The notes: generated by a model from the sequence alone, not told the origin. Counted from the stretch's first letter, positions 12,591 through 25,176 are shown. The stretch is 64,000 bases of DNA from the human T2T-CHM13v2.0 reference genome, Homo sapiens (GCF_009914755.1 NC_060933.1), one strand, 5' to 3'. Translations and numbers: made by a program.

Positions 12591-13498
12591 GTGTGTGTGT
12601 GTGTGTGTATATTTATATATATATACACATATATATACACATATATACACATATGTGTATGTGTATGTGTACACACATACACACATATATACACGTGTGT
12701 ATGTGTACACACATACACTCATATATACACGTGTGTATGTGTACACACATACACACATATATACACGTGTGTATGTGTACACACATACACACATATATAC
12801 ACGTGTGTATGTGTACACACATACACACATATATACACGTGTGTATGTGTACACACATACACACATATATACACGTGTGTGTACACACATACACACATAT
12901 ATACACGTGTGTGTACACACATACACACATATATACACGTGTGTGTACACACATACACACATATATACACGTGTGTGTACACACATACACACATATATAC
13001 GTGTGTGTGTACACACATACACACATATATACGTGTGTGTGTACACACATACACACATATATACGTGTGTGTGTACACACATACACACATATATACGTGT
13101 GTGTGTACACACATACACACATATATACGTGTGTGTGTACACACATATATACGTGTGTGTGTACACACATATATATGTATGTGTATATACACAGATATAT
13201 ATGTATGTGTATATACACACATATATATGTATGTGTATATACACACATATATATGTGTATGTGGATATATACATCCACATACACACATATATGTGTATAT
13301 ACACATACACACATATATATGTGTATGTGGATATATACATATATACATATATAGTGTATGTGTATATATACATATATACATATATGTGTGTATGTGTATA
13401 TATACATATATATGTGTATGTGTATATATACATATATATGTGTATGTGTATATATACATATATATGTGTATGTGTATATATACATATATACATATATA

Positions 13499-13548
<50 letters not shown>
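12591..13548. repeat. Compound TG/TA/CA minisatellite with 36-bp and 32-bp units, ending in (TG)~21
   Basis: Six copies of gtgtatgtgtacacacatacacacatatatacacgt from 12661, then 32-bp variants, then shorter TA-rich units. Confidence 0.95.
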
Positions 13549-13549
<1 letters not shown>

Positions 13550-13590
13550 TCTATTAGTTCTGTCCCTCTAGAGAATCCTAATACAGATTT

Positions 13591-13608
13591 AGGTACCAGG
13601 AGTGGTTC
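13591..13608 (+). promoter_or_regulatory. Primer-binding site, tRNA-Leu type (degenerate)
   Basis: (a)ggtaccaggagtggttc just after the LTR; complementary to a Leu-tRNA 3' end, as known for ERV-L. Confidence 0.75.
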
Positions 13609-13676
13609 TAGAGGAACAGAGTATTAAGGGTGGAGTTCCTTCATGGTTTAGGGGTTTCTAGAGTTGGCTGCCTAAT

Positions 13677-15380
13677 ATGATTAGACCCAAAAATGCTAAG
13701 GACTCTACTTCTAATAGTATGGAGAACACTGATAGTCCTTGGTATTAACTCTTTAGAAAGTTATGCAAAATAAATGCATTTAACACTCCTGATTCACCAC
13801 TCGTGACAGGCAAGGAGTTTAGTGACTCTATGCATAATACCTTTGACTATATGTGGAGAACCAAGGAACATAATGAAGTTGTTTGGTTGCTCCTAAGTTC
13901 ACTGGACCATGATGAAAGAAAATGATGAACTCGGGGATTCTAACTCCTGGCTTCAGAAGCAGATACTGAGTGTCAAATCTGCTAAGATTGCCCTGAGTGA
14001 GAATCTTATCTCCTGTAGAGAAAGAGCTGAAATTGTGGAAAATCAGACACAAGTTCTTCTCGTGCAAGTGGCTGACTGGCAATGAAAGGTGCATGCACAG
14101 CCTCACCAGGTGTCTACTATTAAAGTGAGTGCATTGATTGGAAAAGAATGGAACCCTACAACTTGGAATGGGGATGCGTGGGAGGACCCTGATGAAGCTA
14201 GGGACACCGAGCTTGTAAACTCTGATGTACCTTTTTTTTGCCAAAAGAAACAGCTTCCCCATTCCCAGTAGTGGCAACACCCCTCTAAACCCATGCTACC
14301 ATCAACGTTTCCACCTTTGTCTGAGGAGACAAACCATGTGCTGCCTGAGGTAACAGTGATGGCCTCTCCTGAGGCAGTTTCCAGGCAAGATAATGTTGAT
14401 TCTCCTCAGGAGCCACCCCTAAGACCTCTGTTTGCTTCTAGACCTATAACTAGACTAAAGTCCTAGCAGGCCCCTAGAGGTGAGGTTCAGGGTGTGACCA
14501 ATTAGGAGATATGCTACATTCAAAAAGAACTGCTTGAGTTTTCTAATTTAGATAAGGAGAAATCTAGAGAACATGCATGGGAATGGATACTAAGGGTGTG
14601 GGATAATGGTAGAAGGAATATTGAGTTGGATCAGGCTGAATTTATTGATTTGGGCCCACTAAGCAGGGATTCTGCATTCAATGTTGCAGCTTGGAGAGTT
14701 AAAAAAGGGTCCGACAGTTTATTTGCTTGGTTGCTTGGTTAGCTGAAACATGGATTAAAAGATGACCCCCTGAGAGTGAGTTAGAAATGCCCGATCTCCC
14801 TTGGTTTAATGTAGCAGAAGGCATCCAAGGGCTTGAGGAGATTGGGATGCTAGAGTGAATTAGTCACTTGAGACCTACTCATCCCAACTGGAAGGGTCCA
14901 GAAGATATACCCTTAACCAGTGCTTTGCAAAATAGATTTGTGAGGGCAGCACCTGCATCTTCAAAAAGCTCTGTGATTGCTCTTCTCTGTATGCCAGATG
15001 TAACAGTGGGAACCACAGTCACTCAACTACAAAATTTAAATGCAATGGGAATAATTGGATCCTGAGGTAGCACTCAACCTTCAAAGGCAAGGTGGGTGTA
15101 GCTACCATAATGGACAGCAGAGGCAAAGCAGCAATCAGAATAATCTGACTTATGTAGAGCTCTGGCCTTGGCTAATTAATCACAGTGTTCCTAGATGTGA
15201 AATTGATATGAAACCTACTGCATTTCTACTTAATTTATATAGGCAGAAAACTTCCAAGTCGATTGGACAAAAGACTAATTTGAATTATAAAGGCAAAGAG
15301 TCATGGCCCCTCAATTAATTTCCAGACTTGAGCCAGTTTACAGATCCTGAACCCATTGAGTGAAGGGGAGGCCAGGTCCG
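13677..15380 (+). pseudogene. gag: HERV-L gag, disrupted
   Basis: ORF pieces VSTIKVSALIGKEWNPTTWNGDAWED and RFVRAAPASSKSSVIALLC; multiple stops and frameshifts. Confidence 0.85.
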
Positions 15381-15399
15381 CTTCAGGAAGGACCCCACT

Positions 15400-15840
15400 A
15401 AACTACCAACAATTTATACTATTAATCTTTCTCCCATCCTTCTGCAAGGAGACCTCCAGCCTTTTACCAGGGTAACTGTGCATTGTGGAAAGGGAAATGA
15501 TCAGATATTTTGAGGACTACTGGACACTGGTTCTGAGCTGACGTTGATTCTAGGGGACCCAAAACATCATTGTGGTCCTCCAGTTAGAGTAGAGGCTTAT
15601 GGAGGTCAGCTAATTAATGGAGTTTTACCTCAGTTTCAACTTACAGTTGGTCCTGTGGGTCCCCGGACTCATCCTGTGGTCATTTCCCCAATGCCAGAAT
15701 GCATAATTGGCACAGACATACTTAGTAGCTGGGAGAACCCCCACATTGGCTCCCTGACTGATAGGCTGAGGACTATTATGATGGGAAAGGCCAAATGGAA
15801 ACCATTAGAGCTGCCTCTACCTAGAAAAACTAGTAAATCA
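15400..15840 (+). pseudogene. pro: HERV-L protease, disrupted
   Basis: GLLDTGSE active site (DTG at 15523-15531) preceded by an in-frame TGA; ECIIGTDILS motif. Confidence 0.88.
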
Positions 15841-18380
15841 AAAACAATATCGCATCCCTGGAGAGATTGTGGAGATTAGTGCCACCATCAAGGACTTGAA
15901 AGATACAGGGCTGGTGATTCCCATCACATCCCCATTCAACTCTCCAGTTTGGCCTGTGCGGAAGACAGATGCATCTTGGAGAATGACAGTGGATTATCAT
16001 AAGCTTAGCCAAGTGGTGACTCCAACTGCAACTGCTGTACCAGATGTGGTTTCACTGCTTGAGCAAATTAACACATTTCCTGGTACCTTTATGCAGCCAT
16101 TGACTTGGCAAATGTCTTTTTCTCTATTCCTGTCCCTAGGGCCCACCAGATGCAATTAGCCTTCAGTTGACAAGGCTAGAAATATACATTTAGTGTCCTA
16201 CCTCAGGGTTATATCAATTCTCCAGCTTTGTGTCATAATCTTGTTCGAAGAGACCTTGATCACTTTTTGCCTCCACAAGATATCTCACTGGTCCATTACA
16301 TTGATGACATTGTGCTGATTAGATCCAGTGAGCAAGCAGTAACAAAGACAATGCACTTATTAGTGAGACATTTGTGTGTCAGAGGATGGGAGATAAGTTC
16401 AGCTAAGATTGAGAGAACTTCTACCTCAGTAAAATTTCTAAGGGGCCACTGGTGTGGGGCCTGTCGAGATATTCCTTCTAAGGTGAAGGATAAGTTGCTG
16501 CATTTGGCCCCTCCTACAACCAGGAAAGAGGCACAATTCCTACTAGGCATATTTGGATTTTGGAAGCAACACATTCCTCATTTATTATTCACTCAGCCCA
16601 TTTATCATGTAACCTGAAAGGCTGCCAGTTTTGAATGGGGTCCAGAACAGGAGAAGGCTCTTGGAAGCAAAAGATCCAGGCTGCTGTGCAAGCTGCTCTG
16701 CACTTGGGCCATATGACCTAAAAGATACAATGGTGCTTGAGGTGTCAGTGGCAAACAGGGATGCTGTTTGGAGCGTCTGGAAGGCCTCCATAGGTGAATC
16801 ATAGAAGAGGTATCTAGGATTTTGGAGCAAGGCTCTGCCATCTTCTGCAAATAACTACTCTCCTTTTGAGAGACAGCTCTTGGCCTGTTACTGGGCTTTG
16901 GTGGAAACTCAACTTTTGACTATGGGTCATCAAATCACCATGAGACCTGAATTGCCTATCATGAACTGGTTGCTTTCTGACGTATCTAGCCATAATGTGG
17001 GTCATGCACAGCAGCATTCCATCATCAAAAAGAAGTGGTATATACGTGATCGGGCTCGAGCAGGTCGTGAAGGCACAAGTAAGTTACACAGGGAAGTGGC
17101 TCAAATGCCCATGGTCTCCGCTCCTGCCACACTGCCTTCTATCTCCCAGCCTGCACCAATGGTTTCATGAGAGGTTCCCTATGATCAGTTGACAGAGGAA
17201 GAGAAGACTAGGGCCTGGTTCACAGATGGTTCTGCACAATATGCAGGCACCACCCAAAAGTGGACAGCTACAGCACTATAGCCCCTTTCTAGGCATCTCT
17301 GAAGGACAGAAGTGAAATCTTCCCAGTGGGCAGAACTTTGAGCAGTGCACATGGTTGTGCACTTTGCGTGGAAGGAGAAATGGCCAGATGTGTGATTATA
17401 TACTGATTCATGGGCTGTAGCCAATGGTTTGGCTGGATGGTCAGGGACTTGGAAGAAGCACGACTGGAAAATCGGTGACAAAGAAATTTGGGGAAGAGGT
17501 ATGTGGATGGACCTCTCTGAGTGGTCAAAAACTGTGAAGATATTTGTATCCCATGTGAGTGCTCACCAAAGGGTGACCTCAGCAAAAGAAGATTTTAATA
17601 ATCAAGTGGATAGGATTACCCGTTCTGTGGACAGCACTCAGTCTCTTTCCCCAGCCACCTCTGTCATTGACCAACAGGCCCAGGAACAAAGTGGCCATGG
17701 TGGCTGGGATGGAGGTTATGCGTGGGCTCAAGCAACATGGACTTCCACTCACCAAGGCTGACCTGGCTACAGCCACTGCTGAGTGCTCAATTTGCCAGCA
17801 GCAGAGACCAACACTGAGCCCTCAATATGGGACCATTCTTCAAGGTGATCAGCCAGCTACTTGGTGGAAAGTTGATTATATTGGACCTCTTCTATCATGG
17901 AAAGCGATGAGGTTTGTCCTCACTGGAATAGACACTTACTTCGGATGTGGGTTTACCTAACCTGCATGCAATGCTTCTGCCAAGACTACCATCCACGGAC
18001 TCACAGAATGCCTTATCCACCATCATGGTATTCCACACAGCATTGCGTCTGACCAAGGCTCTCACTTTACTGCTAAAGAAGTGTGGAAGTGGGCTTGTGC
18101 TCAAGGAATTCACTGATCTTACTATGTTCTCCACCATCCTGAAGCAGCTGGATTGATAGAACAGTGGAATGGCCTTTTGAAGTCACAATTACAACACCAA
18201 CTAGGTGATAGTACTTTGCAGGGCTGGGGCAAAATTGTCCAAAAGGGTGTGTATGCTCTGAATCAGCATCCAATATATGGTACTGTTTCTCCCATAGCCA
18301 GGATTCACAGGTCCAAGAATCAAGGGGTGGAAGTGGAAGTGGCACCATTCACCATCACCCCCAGTAATCCACTAGCAAAA
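15841..18380 (+). pseudogene. pol: HERV-L pol (RT, RNase H, integrase), disrupted
   Basis: SPFNSPVWPVRK, WRMTVDYHKL, LPQGY, YIDD (16297-16308), FTDGSA, CSICQQ, WKVDYIGPL, IEQWNGLLK; split across frames. Confidence 0.95.
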
Positions 18381-18803
18381 TTTTTGCTTCCTGTTCCCAA
18401 GACATTATATTCTTCTGGCCTAGAGGTCTTTGTTCCACAGGGAGAAGTGCTGCCACCAGGAGACACGACGACGATAATTCCATTAAACTGGATGTTAAAA
18501 TCACCACCTGGACACTTTGGGCTCCTCCTCCTATTAAGTCAACAGGCCAAGAATGGAGTTATGGTGTTGGCTGGGGTAACTGACCCAGAGTATCAAGATG
18601 AAATCAGTCTACTACTCCACAATGAAGGTAAGGAAGAGTATGCATGGAATACAGGAGATCCGTTAGGGCATCTCTTAGTATTACCATGCCCTGTGATTAC
18701 GGTCAATGGGAAATTACAACAACCCAATCCAGGCAGGACTACAGATGGCCCACACCCTTCAGGAATGAAGTTTGGGGTCACTCCACCAGGAAAAAAACCA
18801 TGA
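18381..18803 (+). pseudogene. HERV-L dUTPase domain, within the stop-free stretch 18153-18803
   Basis: PPGHFGLL and GVMVLAGVTDPEYQDEISLLLHN dUTPase motifs after integrase, the ERV-L arrangement. Confidence 0.85.
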
Positions 18804-19198
18804 CCTGCTGAGGTGCTTGCTGAAGGCAAAGAGAATACAGAATGGGTAGTCATTAATACTAGCTATGACCATGTAACCAGCTGCAAAAAGAGGACTGTAA
18901 TTGTCATGAGTATTTACTCCTTTTGTTAAAAACATGTTTGTGCATGTATACACTTGTACTAAGAAAATAGCTTCATTTTATTTCCTTTTACCTTTCTCAC
19001 ATGACATAGGATTTATTGACTTCATATCAGCATTTAAGTGTTGTTAACTTTATAATAGCATTTGGATTGGGGCTTGGTTCATTTCTGGTTGTAGGAAGGA
19101 TAGTTATGTTAGGTGTAATTATGACATTATTGTCTTTATTTGAAGATGATATATGATCTCAGGAGATGCGTATGGGTTCAAGTTGACAAGGGTGGATT

Positions 19199-19560
19199 TA
19201 TGATGATTAATACCGAGTGTCTACTCGATTGGATTGAAGGAAGCAAAGTATTGATCCTGGATGTGTCTGTGAAGGTGTTGCCAAAGAAGATTAATATTTG
19301 AGTCAGCGGGCCGGGAAAGGCAGACCCACCCTTAATCTGGGTGGGCCCCATGTAATCCGCTGCCAGTGAATATAAAGCAGGCAGAAGAACATAAAAAGGT
19401 TAGACTGGCTTAACCTCCCTGCCTACGTCTTTCTCCTGTGCTAGATGGTTCCTGCCCTCAAACACTGGACTCCAAGTTCTTCAGCTTTGGGGCTCGGACT
19501 GGCTATATTAGTCGGAACCCTATATTAGTCAGGGTTCTCTAGAGGAACAGAACTAATATA
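19199..19560 (+). mobile_element. 3' LTR (MLT2A) with internal deletion and micro-inverted terminus; preceded by PPT aagggtggat
   Basis: Aligns to the 5' LTR up to ggactggc (19503), then rearranged. Confidence 0.93.
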
Positions 19561-19655
19561 GGCCCTCACTTCTTTGTATTTCACACACACATATAATTAA
19601 CACTGAATGTGGGCTGGCACCCATGTGACCAATAGAACACAGTGGAAGTGATGAG
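19561..19655 (+). mobile_element. Continuation of the MLT1F-like LTR
   Basis: cactgaatgtgggctgg...gtgaccaatagaacacagtggaagtgatg. Confidence 0.7.
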
Positions 19656-22600
19656 TTTATTCAATGAATTGGTAAACATCTAGTATATTCCAGGCACTCA
19701 TGAAAGCAATGAGGAGACCATAATGAAATACACCATGAATTAGTGAGCGTAGAAATAGGAATGGTAACATTTTACATTTGATCATGTGACAATTTTGATG
19801 AGATGTACGTTACTGGGGAAAATTTTTAAATCTGATATATCTTTAATATGAACAATACTTACTGCTTCTCACCCAGAATAATGCTCTATACCTAGCAGGC
19901 ACTCTGTAAATGTTCAATGAATTAAATTGATTTGGCCATAGAGATCTTTCTAAATATGTCAATTAAATTACAAAAGGATAAATGAAAAAGAAGAATTATA
20001 TTCTTCATTGAGCATTGGGATTTATGCACTGCACTTTATTTACTTACTGCCAACAAATTCATAACTTCCTGGTCTTTGTAGACTTCTATGATTTCATACC
20101 TATATAGAGTAAATGGAAGCAGGCCAGCATCTCGGATGTCAGGTTGATAACAGCTCCTTGGAATACTACTAATTCTGGAACTAGTCAAGTAGTTTCTCAC
20201 ATTTGGGTATAGATAATTCCTATCATATATCATGTATGTTGACTATTATTTGCTGACAATGATATGACCTTTTCTAAAAAGGACAAGAATAATAATGGCA
20301 ATTAGTATTGGGTGGAGAAATCAATAAAAGTATTATACACATACACACACACATACACTACAGGGTTTAAATAATCTAATTAAAGAATTGCATTAACAAA
20401 TCATAAATTTCCTACATAGGTAAATTTGAGCAAGTTAAATTGGTTTCCTTAGATGTATATTAAACTCAAGAGCTGAAGAAAATGTTCTGGTCCCAATTTA
20501 ACTAGTTTGTTCTACCTTGAGAAATTAACACACTGTGTGCCTTTTTAATATATAAGTATGCCCCATAGAATTTTATGTATATATAATCCATTTATATATA
20601 TACATATATATGGACTAGAAGCCTACAGTAGCAAGGACTTGCAAAATATTAAGTGACTGAAAAAGTCATAGAAGTGAAAATTAATGTATGCTATTTTTAA
20701 GCACTTAGTAATGATATGCATGAAGAGGTAAAGAGAAATTTTTTAAACTACAGAACATACTAAATTAGAAGTGTTACCAGTGCCAAGAAGGAAAGAGCAA
20801 TCATAAAGAAGGAAAAGTAAAGATTAGACATATGGGGCAAGAAATAACAAGATGAGATGAAGTTGAAATGTACAAAGTAATGCATAAAAAATAATAATTT
20901 AGAATATAAACCTACCACAGTGTAGAGAGATAATTAGAAAGTTGCAAGAAAGAAAAGACTGGGCAACAAAATGGACAATGAATCGAATGAGAACAATAAG
21001 GTAAGATTAGAAAACATTGGAAAAGTGTCATTGGCTTGCGTATGAAATAACTCAATGTAGATTATTAAATTATAGCATGTGATTCTATATAGTATGTGCC
21101 ATCTTTCTGTATGTGCAGGTAACTGTGCTTTACATATATTGTAATCTCTGTAGACAGCATGCAGGTTATTAGGGAGAAAACCAAAAAATAAAAATGAAAA
21201 TTTAGAAAATCATTTTTTTAAAGTATTTTAAGTCTGGGATACAAAAATAGCAAAATCTTGAAATTCATGAGAGTCTTGAGAACTTTTCAAGCATTAGGAA
21301 AGCATATAATTTACCTCTTAAATGTAGTACAGCAGCTTCTTCAGCGTTAATGTAGAAAGGGACAATGCTACAGTGAGATTCAGAGAGTAACCACACTTCC
21401 ACCCACACTCACTAATGACTCAGTTCCTAAATCCAGTGCCATGATTCTAATCTGTGACTCACTAAAGTGGCAAATTATAAACTGCAATATGTGATCCACT
21501 TCTGGGGTCATATGCAGGTAGTTTTACCTGGTAAATATCAACATTTATACTAAAATATTCTGGTGTAATTATCGAAATGCAAACTTGCAGCTCTGGACTT
21601 TGTATTTTAATAAACATTGAAGAATATTTGGGTACAAATAGCCCCTAGCCTACACAAGGGGTTAATATTAAGTGTATAATTCTAATGGGATACACAATAC
21701 TTTGATCCAATGGTAGCAAATAGAATGATACAGCACCTTCCAAGGACAACAAATTGGCCACTCAGTTACACGTGAGCTGAAAACAAAACTAGCGTGTTGT
21801 ATAATAAAGACATTCCTAAAGGTTTTAGTGTAACTGTAAGACAAGGAAAGAGAATAATGGCCTCTCAAGTTGACTTCTAAATCAGGATTTTCATAATAGT
21901 ACAGATTATCTGTGTAAGACAGTTCAGACTTTTTTTTTTACTTTTTTAACTGAAAAGCAAAAATGCTTTATATATATTATAATATAGGAAACCATACTTC
22001 TTTAGCAGAACTAGTAATAATTATGGTTCTAAAGATTGACTTGTAGGCTTTCATTCAAACACCTTCATTTCTCATTATTATTGTTACAATGCATAAATAA
22101 ATCAATATACAGCTTTCATTATATCGACTGTGTTAGAAAAAATTTACCTAGTAGATACTTGGATAAATGTCTCAGTGTTTTGTGCTTTTTTCCAGTAGAA
22201 TTGTTTCTGTTATTAAAGAATATAAGATGAGTTTGCATTACCTTCTGCATTCCCTGCCTTGTGTCTCAACGTTAGATACAAATCTGCTCTAACCTTGGGA
22301 CTCAGTAGTAATGAATAAGCTATTAACTAAACTGAGTGTGAGTATAGCAATGTATAATCTCAATAATTCTGTAGCATAGGCTATTAAAGTTACAACTGAG
22401 AAAAGAAACCAGCCAAAGTAGTAAAAAAAAAAAAAAAAAAAAAACATAAAATTAAATAAAAACAACGCCCATTTCTCCTGATGTTGAAAGACTGAGAAGA
22501 CTCACAGTGCAGGACAAGCAATTTAATTGAAGAAAACCAGTGTAATCATTCAAAATTACCCCACTTTGCTTATGGTTCTGTTTTAGATAATAGTTTGATA

Positions 22601-24674
22601 TCAACATTACCTTAGCTAGTGCTGCTTTATCTTTCATATTCTAGAAATTATTGTACATGCGGATTTCTATTTTTTTTGGTCCAAAAATGGCACCAACAAA
22701 AGGTGAAGCATTCCAAACCTACTACTTCAGCTCACTGTAAGGTTTGTCTGTAAGATGAGATCTTTTTCATTGCTCTTCCAAATAAGGTAGGTGGCCTGGT
22801 TGCTAGCCAAATGGTCAAAATCGAAGCAGAATCTTAGGGCATTTGTACTAACATAAGCTCTGCTACCTCAGGTCATCTGAAAGAGGTGAAGATGGAGGGA
22901 GCACGTCTAGGTCTTCCAGGAAGAGCTGAGAGTCTTGAACACCAAGTGCAAAGGTAAAGATAGAATCTGAGTGGAAAGAATAAAGTTGTAAAACAGAAGT
23001 GGGGTTATAGCCAGACAATAATAGGCAGAGTTTAATCCAGATGTTTACTGCTAATAGCCTTAGGGTACCTTTCATTAATAGAGTGACTTTATCACTTCAG
23101 TTTATCATCCATTATGAGTTATAGAATATGAGAGGGAGGAGAACAAACCAAATTTTTCTGACTCCAATTAAAAGACATCTTGCAAGATAGAGTACATGAG
23201 AAATTTGCAATGTGCTTACTTAGTGCCTCTGCTTTCCAAGGAATGAGAAGGACCTGACCAAATGGTCCTGTCCACACTCCAGAAAGCAGAAGCTATGTTG
23301 CTCCATTGCTTTATGAGAGTATATTTTAGAATTTAAAAAGATGTCTGTGGTTATCCTGGCATACCATATTCAGTGATTGCTTTTTTCATGTTGGGCTATC
23401 AGGCTGTCTCAGTTGTCTCAGTTTACAGTCAAGAGATTTAAAGGAAATTAAGTAAGAAATCTGCTCTGAGATTCCTTAAGTGTCTTTGAGGAGCTTAATG
23501 GGAGGAGGAGGATAAGAAAGGCAGAATCCAACCAGTCACCTTTGCTTGTGGCAAGGTTTGTTTTTAAAACCACAACTTTCAATTCCTTATCTTCCTGATT
23601 CTCATTTAAAAGTATTATGCAAAATAGAAGATAACAATAAAACAGAACAAGGTTAAGATATTAGTTTATGCATGGGGAAAAATCAGATTATAAAAACAGA
23701 CAGCTATGGTCAAACATACAAATTGATCCAAATATCAAACAACCTTAAAGAATCAAGCAAGGACTTTTATCTGAATTTTTAGAATTTCTTGGAGCAATGA
23801 TAAGTGCAAATATAAAGAGCAAAGATAATGGAAATTCTGAAGTCCCATAAAGGGGCAATTTTAGATAGGCAACACTGCATGTAAAATTTTTATCAAACTT
23901 AAGATTTCAGATTAAAAACTAGAGGCAGAGGGATCCTTTCAAGGCACTTTCAGGACATGATAGAGTGTCATTTTTAAATGCATAGTTCTTCTGAGTTCTG
24001 GCCTGCTTCTTAGCTCTTTGGGCTCAGGTAAGTCCTTCTGAGCTTTCTTTTTTTTTCATCTATAAGGTAACAATTAAAGAACTACCTATATGCTTTTAGA
24101 CCAGTGCTGTGAAGGTATAAGGGAAAAAAGAAATACACAAAAGTGTTACAAAACTGAAATGTGCCACACAAATATGAGTTGTTACTGCTTACCTGAGGAG
24201 ACAGTCTTGCTTCTGTGCTCTGTAGGACTCTAGCTATTGCTTTCTACAGCCCCATTTAATAGTCTGCCACTTGCAACATCTTCTAGATATCACCTTCTTA
24301 TCCTTTGACCACTTCATCTTTAGTCTGTCCACTTAAGCAAATGTCATACCCGTTAGCACTCCTTCACAAACTAACAAGGTTTAAGAGGCAAAAATATACT
24401 AGCAGGTGATTATATGAGTAATTTATGTTTTTCTTGGAAAGTGATCTCATCTCTGGTGTCTTTTGAGAAATCGTGAGTGTCTTCTTGGTAGCTGAATTCC
24501 ATAATGCTCAGGAGACCTAAATGCTGGGATTGATCCCTTTCCACCCCTCTATCATCTTTGGCCAATTAAGTTTTCTCAGTTTCATAGTTACAGATGTCTC
24601 TTCTCACCCCAACCAGCCATCTCAACATGATTGCCCAGAGTCAAAGGACATTCCAGAAGAAAGATGCTGGAAAA

Positions 24675-24974
24675 GCCATTATTCTCAGCAAACTAACACA
24701 GGAACAGAAAACCAAACACTGCATGTTCTCACTTGTAAGTGGAAGCTGAACAATGAGCACACATGGACAGACAGGGAGGAGAACAATACACACTGGGGCC
24801 TTTGTGGGCGTGGCAGGGGGAGGGAGAGCATCAGGATAAATAGCTAATGCATGCCGGGCTTAATACCTAGGTGATGGGCTGATAGGTGCAGCAAACCACC
24901 ATGTAACAAACCTATGCATCCTGCACATGTATCCAAGAGCTTAAAATAAAGTAATATAAACTAACATTTAAAAA
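24675..24974 (+). mobile_element. 5'-truncated L1PA (about PA11-13) 3' end with 18-bp TSD
   Basis: ctcagcaaactaacacaggaacagaaaaccaaacactgcatgttctcact...gggagagcatcaggataaatagctaatgcatgc; TSD aagaaagatgctggaaaa (24657-24674) / aagaaagacgctggaaaa (24975-24992). Confidence 0.93.
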
Positions 24975-25038
24975 AAGAAAGACGCTGGAAAAATCCAGTT
25001 TCCAATGGTAAAAGAACAATATTAGAGAATCAAGTTGA

Positions 25039-25176
<138 letters not shown>

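Larger units (their letters stand above)
12076..13585 (+). mobile_element. 5' LTR (MLT2A), expanded by an antisense gag insert and a minisatellite
   Basis: taatacttagcgtcaacttcattggattgaaggatgcaaagtattgatcctgggtgtgtctgtgagggtgttgcc...; AATAAA at 12446; ends ctattagttctgtccctctagagaatcctaataca. Confidence 0.95.
11867..19560 (+). mobile_element. Near full-length HERV-L provirus (MLT2A LTRs; gag-pro-pol-dUTPase; no env), defective
   Basis: Two MLT2A LTRs, Leu-tRNA PBS, PPT, retroviral enzyme motifs; 5-bp TSD GGCCC at 11862-11866 and 19561-19565. Confidence 0.97.

Noticed and set aside
12591-13200. CRISPR-like 32-36 bp periodicity
   Set aside because: Head-to-tail tandem units with no unique spacers, no cas genes, primate DNA.
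12540-13571. Six long ORFs (246-326 aa) rich in Y/I/C/V/H/T
   Set aside because: Artefacts of a stop-free dinucleotide minisatellite read in all frames.
18804-19198. Possible env gene
   Set aside because: Only ~400 bp between dUTPase and PPT, no ORF; ERV-L lacks env.
24521-24847. 108-aa ORF
   Set aside because: Runs into the L1PA 3' fragment; chance ORF.
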